Below are positions 11,122 through 19,257 of a stretch of 20,000 nt of DNA, in pieces. The position numbers and the translations under genes were made by a program. The notes under the pieces were generated by a model. That model worked only from the letters and a program-made list of their open reading frames with translations. It had not been told where the DNA came from and searched no databases. The stretch lies in the NCBI GenBank assembly GCA_013239625.1, contig MU054323.1, forward strand, positions 4,861,305 to 4,881,304, read 5' to 3'. Numbering within the stretch: position 1 is the stretch's first letter; each line of letters begins with the position of its first letter. Source of the DNA: Lama guanicoe (lineage: Eukaryota).

Positions 11122-12505
11122 TCAAGTGGACAATGTGACCAAGCCAGTATCTTTAGCCAGATCTTGTCATCATCCACCCCACCACTGGCACGATGGGCAC
11201 ATAAACAGAGTGGTCACGATGACCAAGCCAGAGGCTATAAACAGGCCCACAGCACAGGCAGATCTATTGATACCTCAGAATGTCTAACTTATCAGCATCA
11301 GAGACCAGCACTGAATGCCCAGTATGGCACTGTCCCTTGAGGATACCAACTGTCTGCTTGGTGGCCATTTGATTACACTGCATCCTTTTCATTCTAAAAA
11401 GACTCATATGGATAATAGATACACCCTGGATATGGGTTTTCTTTTCCTGCCAAAACATCCAAGCCAGTGCCACTATCTGGGGGATCACAACACATCTGAC
11501 GCACAGGCGTGACTTCAGATCAGGGGACTGAGGTGACGTGAAGAAAGTGCAGGAGGAAAAGAAGATACGGCCCCTGTCTACGTGAGTCATGGGCTGTATC
11601 AGATACTATGCCATCAAGAGGCTTCTGGCCGCACAGAACACTGCAGTGACCTCCTAAAAGCACACCGGAAATGCCAACTCAGCAAACACTCTGAAGGGAG
11701 TGGGTGCCGCTCTTCATAAGACAGTGCATTTATTAAAACAAAGATCTCTCTGTAAGGTGCTCTGTCCCCAGCAGGAAGAGCATGTGTGTTCAGAAACCGA
11801 GGGGTGGAGGCATGGGTGGCTCTGCTTTACCATCATTCCCAGTGATTCCCTTGGGGGCCTTATAACTTTATCCCTTTAACCCCAGGCTCCCCATGGTTGA
11901 AGTGTACCCAAAGGGATACACTCTTGCTAAGGGACACAGATAGGAATCCTACTGAACCAAAAGTTACACCCGTTTCCAGGGCACTTCGGACCCCTTGTTC
12001 CTGGGAAAGGCAGGCTGAAAGAGGGTCACTGTATTCACAGCAGTCATTGACCTTGAGCAGCAGGATGAGATAAGGCTCTTTTTATGCAACGTGGGAGCAA
12101 GGAGAAATATCTGTGAACCCAGAAGTACCTGTGGGACTTGGGCACCTCCTGGTACTTCTTTGCTCCATTAAACCGTGCAGGGTTATGTGCAGCCAGCCAG
12201 AACTGAAAGGAGAAGGACTATCAAAGTGTCAGGCCCTTCGGGAATGAAGGTTTGGATCACGCCCCCAGGTGGGCACCCAGACCTGCTGGTAGAGGTGGGC
12301 AGCTGAGGGTGAGGGGAATTTAGAATGGACGGTGGAGGATCAGCTACAGCCTAAGATCATCTGCAGCAGCAGGGCCTCTAGTTCATCCCTTAACCATTAC
12401 TCTTCTGAGTTTCCCCTCAGAAAAGAAGGCTGCAAAAGACGGGGGAACGGCTCCCGTGCCTGAGTGAAAAAGAGGCAGAGCCGAGCAGCGCACGGAGGAA
12501 GAACC
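11122..12505 (+). mobile_element. ERVL internal region continued: decayed integrase and dUTPase, 3' leader/PPT
   Basis: WAHKQSGH (11194-11217) and ECLTYQHQRPALNAQYGTVP*GYQLSAWWPFDY (from 11278) ~ WAHEQSGH...ECPTCQQQRPTLSPRYGTIPRGDQPATWWQVDY. PGHFGPLVP (11976-12002) and VTVFTAVIDLEQQDEIRLFLCN (from 12025) ~ ERVL dUTPase GVTVLAGVIDPDYQGEIGLLLHN. Purine-rich GGAGGAAGAA at 12494-12503 precedes TG. Confidence 0.9.
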
Positions 12506-12655
12506 TGTCTCACCGACCTTTTCTTACAGGGCGTGATGATTAAGGTCTCATCAGCTGCTGAGCTCCGGAATCCATTACTAAATTATCCTGAGACCGCACT
12601 CCCTCGGGCCGCTTCCAGCCAATGAACAGGAAGGGCAGGGACACGAAGAACTTCT
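12506..12655 (+). mobile_element. Partial 3' LTR (LTR16-like)
   Basis: Starts with TG after a PPT-like tract; 'cagctgctgagctccggaatccattact...ccgcactccctcgggccgcttccagccaatga' resembles the recalled LTR16 core; 3'-truncated. Confidence 0.65.
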
Positions 12656-12664
12656 GCAATATTG

Positions 12665-13060
12665 ACACAGAAATGTATAAACAAATCAATAGCACAAGAG
12701 ATTAGAGAAATCATCAGGCATTTATTAGAAAAGAGAAGCAAATATTAAACGTGCAAAGGTGCTCAGTTAGCAAATAATCAGGACACTCAAATAGAGACAA
12801 CAGTTCGCTCTTTTACAGTCATCAGATTAGCAGATAATAATGGTGCGACTGGGGAAGAGGAGGAGAGGGAGAAGCAGCCGTAATATGACAATCTCAAAAG
12901 TTGTTGAGGTTGTAAGGAAACAGGAACGCATACATGTGGTGGTATAAATTGATCCAATTATTTGGAAGAGCAGCATGGCAAAATGTAGTAAAAATGAAGA
13001 TGTCCAATTCCTAAGACCTAGAGCATCAGCCACATTTCAGGTGAACATAATGAAAAAATA
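12665..13060 (+). mobile_element. Ancient L1 (L1ME-like) fragment
   Basis: 'gttgttgaggttgtaaggaaacaggaacgcatacat...tataaattgatccaattatttggaagagcagcatggcaaaatgtagtaaaaatgaagatg' is colinear with the old L1 ORF2 3' region. Confidence 0.7.
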
Positions 13061-13555
13061 AAAATCTAGAGACTGGAAGCTGAAAGCAATTCAAAACAGG
13101 AGGGTAAGGGTGTATAATATTGTTAAAAAGGTTGAAGGAAGGCCCCGCGCAGGGCCCTTGAGAACAACTTCCACGGCAACCCCTCGTGCTGGCCCACCTG
13201 GGATGCCGCTGTCCCTGCCACAGCAAGGACTCCAGGGAATCGGGATGGAATGCCACCGCATAGCTGTTATCCCGGGGTCAGGAAGCTGGCACCACAATCG
13301 TTAGCTCCAGGGCCACAACACAACTGCAGTTCACAGGCACAAATGTGCCCTGTATCCGGGATCTGGACAGTGGGACAGTGGGACATTGTCTGCTGCTGGA
13401 AAAATAGTAAATAAAAAGCCTCTGTGCCTGCTTGTTGGCAGAACAATCCAGCCTTCGCCTCCTTTCCCCTCCCAAGGTTCCATGTGAATATCTGACTGGG
13501 AAATCTAAAACAATCTGCTAGGACAGACTGAGGGGAGCTTCTGACTTTCCAGATT
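13061..13555 (-). mobile_element. Possible ancient MaLR/ERVL-type LTR remnant
   Basis: GC-richer block between L1 pieces. The end 'gaatatctgactgggaaatcta...gactgaggggagcttctgactttccag' weakly resembles reverse MLT1 termini; family uncertain. Confidence 0.3.
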
Positions 13556-13564
13556 TTACGATAT

Positions 13565-14040
13565 GGTCGGGCAAATTAGAAGATGTCTAAAATGGAAGCT
13601 GAACCCCGATCTACTAGATCCATCACATCTAGCAATTTCACTTCTAAGCATACAACCTAGAGCACCGTTTGTCCATAGGGGAGGTTCTGGCGTTTTGGAT
13701 GGCCAGTTCTTTACTGTGCCAGATATTAGCTGTGGGATGTGAAGCATCCCTGGCCCCTGGTACCAACTGCCAGTCGTGACGTCCAGACATCACTGTGAGC
13801 AAACTGCACAGACACATCTGCAAACACCCTTGAGGAGGAGAGTACACCCCCCTGCATATGAGTCCCTTCCCTGAAGTGTTTTCAGCATCTTTGCATATGG
13901 ATATTTGTAGCAGCAATGGCAATTACCATGAAAAAGATTAAGCTTCTATATGACCATCAACAGTGGAATAAAATGGAGCGATATATTCAGCTGTATAACT
14001 TGCAGCAATTAAAATGCATGAATCATCGACATGTTATCAG
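13565..14040 (+). mobile_element. Second ancient L1 (L1ME-like) fragment, interrupted by the MER20-like element
   Basis: 'tctagcaatttcacttctaagcatacaacctagag' before the insertion and 'ggatatttgtagcagcaatggc...ccatcaacagtggaataaaatgg...gcagcaattaaaatgcatgaa' after it. Confidence 0.6.
13663..13868 (-). mobile_element. MER20-like hAT-Charlie non-autonomous DNA transposon
   Basis: 'ggcgttttggatggccagttctttactgtg...tgtgggatgtgaagcatccctggcccct...tgccagt' matches the reverse-complement MER20 core; the left flank ACCTAGAG is Charlie-type target-like. Confidence 0.7.
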
Positions 14041-14369
14041 TGAGGACAATTATCAAACAGATACTCTTTTGTGGCAGGGGGAACAAGTTGTAAAAGAGCT
14101 GCTATGACTGAGTCCAATGCTTGACAATCCTGTAGATATAGCTTGAGGATATGTAGACAAAATTAGCCTCTTGAGCTAGTGTGAGACCAGTCTTCTGGGA
14201 GTAAAAAGGGCTCCTGTTATTTTGTTTGTTTATTCCTTTGCATGTCTGTTGATATCAAACGATTAGAGTTTACAAGGTAGCAGAGGTTATAATGACATCA
14301 GTACACACAGAATATGGTAATATTTGTATAGCAGACTGTGGTAATTTGATGAGGCTGTTTGAGACCAGA

Positions 14370-14540
14370 GGTGACAAGCCCAGGGGCTGTGGCTGTCTGG
14401 AGTTTCAACCCAGCCTCCACAGGGGCTGAAATAATCAATATTGCAAGCAACTTTAACCCACTTGATGGGTTAACCTTTGGGAAGATCTGTCGTAATAAGA
14501 ATCAACAAACAGTAGTCACACTGGCCTCAGTTTATTCTGC
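14370..14540 (+). mobile_element. Degenerate MIR
   Basis: Pieces 'gtttcaacccagcctccac', 'taacctttgggaagat' and 'gcctcagttt' occur in MIR order. Confidence 0.35.
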
Positions 14541-15097
14541 CAGATCAGACTTTTCCTTGACAGCGTTAGGTTTTTGAGACTAGTATCACCAATATAAACT
14601 AAATACAACGAAATGAGATCTATTTAGAAGAGGAAGCCCACAAGAGCAAACACCATGTTAAATCCATTTTTGTATTTCCACCTACTCCCTGAGAGCTAAG
14701 CCCTGTGCTTGCTGCACCTAAATGTTTGTTAACTTAGTGGGTCCAGGGCTGATTCCCATTCAAACCCCTAGATCGCAGCCCCAGGCTTCATTACACAATG
14801 ATGAAAAGGGCAGAGAAAGAAAAGTTTCCGATTACACACTGTTCCCGTGGGAGGATTTTGTCCTAAAAAGGATGTCTGGTGAGCAAACACAAAACACCAG
14901 GCTGTCCCCAAACCCAAGAAATTCTCCCCAAACCCTGAAAACAACTCCAATCTTAGCCATCACTACAAACTAAATCAGTTACAGAGTAGTCCACCAACAG
15001 AGATTTACTTACACAGTGTGCTCAGAAAACTTTGTTGCAAATTCTGCCAAGCCTGTTTCAGAACAATAACCAAACAAATGTTTTTAAGAAGATGACA

Positions 15098-15191
15098 AAG
15101 AAGAAAGAAGAGGGGAGGAGGAGGGGGAAGAGGCTGGAAAAGAGGGGGAGATGGAGGAAGGGGGGAGAGGAGGAGGGGGGGGAGAGGAGAG
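15098..15191. repeat. GA-rich polypurine tract with five G-runs
   Basis: Almost all purine on +; G-runs at 15112-15115, 15123-15127, 15144-15148, 15160-15165 and 15175-15182. Confidence 0.9.
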
Positions 15192-15369
15192 CAGTGGCAA
15201 CATCAGCTCCAACAACAATGTCTTTCCTGCTCTTCCAGGAAATCAGAAAATCCCATGTGGACTGAATGCCTTTTTGCCTTCTGAGTCAATCACCAGGTCT
15301 GGGACATTTTTTTCTTTGGGGGAGGCAGGTCTCCTGCCCTTCTGGGAAGGCATAATGCCCCTTCCCTCC

Positions 15370-15525
15370 CCGGGATGTTTGGGGATCGGTGTGTTTCCGA
15401 TCGCGCCCTCGGCCTCACCTGCTCTCTCTGATCTGTTCTGATCGATCGTTAACGCGATGAAGAGACGGCAGGTGAAGCGGTGCCCAGGTTGGAACTCACA
15501 TGCCAATATTGCTTCCATCCCGGCT
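15370..15525. promoter_or_regulatory. Small CpG-dense non-repetitive element (candidate promoter/enhancer)
   Basis: About 13-14 CpGs in ~155 bp (hand count); inverted E-boxes CACCTG (15416-15421) and CAGGTG (15469-15474); ATCGAT; two minus-strand splice-donor motifs. Confidence 0.35.
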
Positions 15526-16324
15526 TGATCCCCTCCCTTCTTCCCAAAGCTCTATTTTAGTGCCTCCTGCTCATGAATCAAATGTTTTCTGCTTGTGAAC
15601 CACATCATGCACCTGGCTGAAGCACTGCTTAGATTTCCTCTCTGGGGTATAGTTTGTGTGAAGCCCACTGAGTTGAAAGTCCTCCTGCATTTGCTCTTTC
15701 CGACACCTGGGAGGCAGAGCAGCGGCTGACCGTTTTGTATTCCAGCCGCTAAATGTGAGAAAGTCAGATGGAGACAGAAAGTTCAAGGTCTGGCCACATT
15801 CAGCGTTGGTATCACAGGGCTGCACACTTCGACTATCATTTGTAAGGCAGGGATACTGGCTTCAGAAACATTTTCCATTTGAGACATAAGAACAGCCAAA
15901 TCCTCTTAAGTCTTCAATTTTATTCATTCACCAGACCAAAATCATAAACCCTGTCACAAAAATCACTTGTTCTGAGGCACTGTCCAAATGAAAGGGCAGG
16001 GTTTTCTGATGTTTCCCGGGAGCCCGGACATGGTTTCATCACGCTGCTAGCACAGGAAAGTGAGAGAGAGGACCTGGGTTAGCATGTCCGGCTCATTGTT
16101 TTCCGAAAAGGCTACCGGGAAGTGATAACACCAGTGGGAATTTAGCTATGATATTGTTAAACATTTATCCTGGAATCCAAAATACAGAAACTCAAATAAC
16201 AAGGTACTTCTCAAAGCCTCATAAAATGGTAATTGAGGGAGAGACACTCAGCCCACTAGAACAAACCAAGGCTTTAGAATTGCATGGACTGGAGAAGTGG
16301 AGATTGATGCAGCCTCTGCCTTCT

Positions 16325-16455
16325 TGCTGTGGGAAACCGGAGAATCCTCTTGCCCTCTCTGAGCTTAAGTTTCCGCATCAGCAGCGTGTGGCTAAATGCC
16401 ATCTGGCTTTGGGGATTGTTGTGAAATTTGTTAAATAGCTACTACGTGTGCCTAA
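16325..16455 (+). mobile_element. MIR fragment
   Basis: 'ccctctctgagcttaagtttccgcatc...gggattgttgtgaaatt' matches the MIR core. Confidence 0.7.
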
Positions 16456-16693
16456 TTATCACCTCAACACCATAAATTTCTTAATGATGCGCCTTATACA
16501 TATCAGAGAGAATGATTGCTCCCGATAGTGTAGCATTTGGTGTCCTGAAGCATTAGCAGAACTCAAGGCCTTCCCGAGAACCAGATCTTTGAAAATATTG
16601 GTAGACTAAATGGGCTCTTGCTTAAGTCATTCATTTAGTTAATATGAATTTAATTCCTCACCAGACTTTCAGCACCTAGCTAAAAACAAAATA

Positions 16694-16905
16694 GAGTTGA
16701 CCCTTGAACAACATGGTTGAACTGCCCAGACCTGCTTATAGGCCATATTTTTAATAAATACATACAGTACCGCATATCTGCTGTTGGCTGAATCCTTAGA
16801 TGCAGAACAGCGGATAGGAGGCCAACCATGGGGCTTGAGCATCCGTGAATTTTGGATTCTGAGGAGTCCTGGAACCAATCACCCACAGATACCTAGGGAC
16901 GGCTG
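16694..16905 (-). mobile_element. Tigger-derived MITE (MER8/Tigger2-like) with TA TSDs
   Basis: Ends (c/g)AGTTGACCCTTGAACAAC and GGAACCAATCACCCACAGATACCTAGGGACGGCTG, flanked by TA at 16692-16693 and 16906-16907; internal 'ggcttgagcatccgtgaattttgg'. Confidence 0.88.
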
Positions 16906-18399
16906 TAGTGGATAAATCCTCCCAGTTCATATGTTAATGCAAGGATTGTGGGACAAGATTTGATGGCAAGATTTTGGGACAAACTCAAAAACCCAACCTG
17001 AAGGTTATCTTGTAGTTGAAATTATAATTATGAATATTGCTTGTAGAAATTTACAAATGTGATAATTTTAGAACCAAATTCATAGATTTCTGAGATAATG
17101 TCAATCCTTGAAAAAGAATGTGTTAAGATAATTAAAATGTACTAAAATATTCTATGAGCATAAAGGGAAAAAGAAACAGTTTTTTTAAAAAAATTATGAT
17201 TGGATAAAAATAAGACCTTAGCCCCAGTGTGCTGAATCCTGAGATACAGCTCAGTTCTAGGCAATTAAAACACTGAAGGACTGAAGAAGAAAATTTGGAA
17301 ACTCATTATTTTTTATTAGTAAAACCAAAGGGCTATTTTATGATACCCTGGGGAGACTGCCCGAGCCTTAGGAGAAGCTTCAAGCCGCACAGGAAGCTTT
17401 ACAGCTCGGCACCAAATGCCTTGTAGTCAGAGGAACTTTTCCAGTCTTACCCTTAAGGTAAATATTTCAGAAGCCTCAGCTCTACTTACTTGCTTCTCAC
17501 AATATCCCATTAGTGAATGGCCATTTTCTCTGAGACTCTTTTGAACCATGCGTTTTAAACTGCTGAAAATGCTCTGAAATTTTGTCTCAGAAATCCATGA
17601 TTTCTGTTCAGTTACTCTTTCCCAGGGGCCTCTACTCCCAGATCAGCTCAAGTTTCTACGATTATTGATCCATCTCAGGAAAGGTTGGGTTCAGAGCCAC
17701 CTGTCTGCCAATGCACGTTTGTGCGGAATCTTTATTAATTGCCCACGGGAGCTCCCTTAAACCCTTTAGGGTTGTAAATTTCATGCTTACAAGGATCTCT
17801 TCCTTTTCCCTAATTTTACATGCCAGCTCACCAACCTCCTCTTTCTTACTGCCAACACTGACATCTTAGCTTTGACTCTGTCCAGAGCTAAAGCAGTACG
17901 GCATGAAATAAATTCAATTCTTGTCTCAGTTTTCCCAACACATTAAGTCTGTCACCCCCTTTTAGTGTGTGTCCAGTCAGTATACCTTAGGTCTCCTCTT
18001 CTGATTGGGCGATTTGTCCTTGGGGGCCTTTTATCTTTGGGTAGTTGAAAAAATGGAAAATTCCTCTCCCCTGAGACCTAGAGCAGCATTATAATGATGG
18101 ACAATGAAATTGGTGAGGACGGCCCAGAGTTGAATAAGTCATGTGAGATAAAACTAGAGAACTTCATAGAGTGTCTTGGAGTGGGGAAATCATTATTAAT
18201 CAAGCTTATTTGTTATTCACAGTCTCATCGAAACATTAGAAATGTAGATAGCAAAATTCATCAAATTGTAAATCTCAAACGTGTAGTTTACTGTACAGGA
18301 ATCATGCCACAATAAAGGTGTTTTAAAAAAAAATAAATGTAGACAGACATAATATAAATTATACAGCTGGCCTGGGAGACAATTGAGTCAGCTTCATAG

Positions 18400-18585
18400 T
18401 AAGTGTAAGCTTGGGGTCCAGCTGAATCATCTTAATATGAACCTTCTTCTCTTCATTTGTAAAATGGAGATAATAATTCCTATTAAACTTCATTTCAGTG
18501 TTGTTGTAGGAATCAAATGAAAACACATTAAAAAGTAAATTGAAATGTGAAAAGCATAACCAAATGGCAATTCAATACTATTAGA
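18400..18585 (+). mobile_element. MIR fragment
   Basis: 'cttcatttgtaaaatggagataataat...gttgttgtaggaatcaaatga' matches the MIR core. Confidence 0.75.
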
Positions 18586-18689
18586 TTCTGAAATTTGTCA
18601 TGATAAAAGGGGGATGTGTATTACCCGGAAAAGCAGTCTTCCTTTTGGAAAATGAACCAGTCTTCAGTCAGAGGCTTGCATGTTGTGGG

Positions 18690-18910
18690 TCCACTGAGTT
18701 GAAATCCGAGTCAATGATAAATACATTCTGAAACGCATTTAATAGTTGCGTGACCGTGGCAGTTTTGTAGCCACTCATAGCCTCTGTATTTTTTACCCAT
18801 AAATGATAATATGAGTACGTATTTTATAAAATGGCTGTAAGAATTAAACGAACTAACATGTGCCTGACACATTACCTGGCACAACAGTGCTCAAATAATG
18901 GTTTTATCAT
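18690..18910 (+). mobile_element. MIR fragment
   Basis: 'tagttgcgtgaccgtggcag', 'ggctgtaagaattaaacga' and 'acctggcacaacagtgctcaaataatgg' occur in MIR order. Confidence 0.7.
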
Positions 18911-19090
18911 ACGTCAATTCGGCTGCAGGGAGGGGACCATATAACTTTTAAAATTCTACACTGAAAGGAAAGCACATTAATCTCTCAAAAGTAGCTGATT
19001 GCTTATTGGTTTAAGACACAGTTAAGACTTTCAGCTCCGTAATTGTTGGGTTTAGTCTACTGTGCTCACTTTTCCATCCAACACACTCAC

Positions 19091-19141
19091 CTGATGACTA
19101 CTGCCTGAATACAGTCGCTTTCTGTTTGCTTGTTTTAGGCA
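19091..19141 (-). other. Candidate 51-nt exon (unverified)
   Basis: Acceptor ttttatattctcag|TGC and donor CAG|gtgagt; one open frame, CLKQANRKRLYSGSSHQ. Confidence 0.25.
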
Positions 19142-19194
19142 CTGAGAATATAAAATTTAATAAAAAATTGATCCATAACCTTGGAAGGGTTTGG

Positions 19195-19211
19195 NNNNNN
19201 NNNNNNNNNNN
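19195..19211. other. Assembly gap (17 N)
   Basis: Run of N. Confidence 1.
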
Positions 19212-19257
19212 TGAATTAGGCTTTGATTGTTTAACTATTTTATAGTTCTTAATATCT

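Noticed and set aside
15032..15518. Overlapping ORFs 15032-15265, 15151-15441 and 15243-15518 as single-exon genes
   Set aside because: They are open because of purine/GC-rich composition and show no recognisable protein family.
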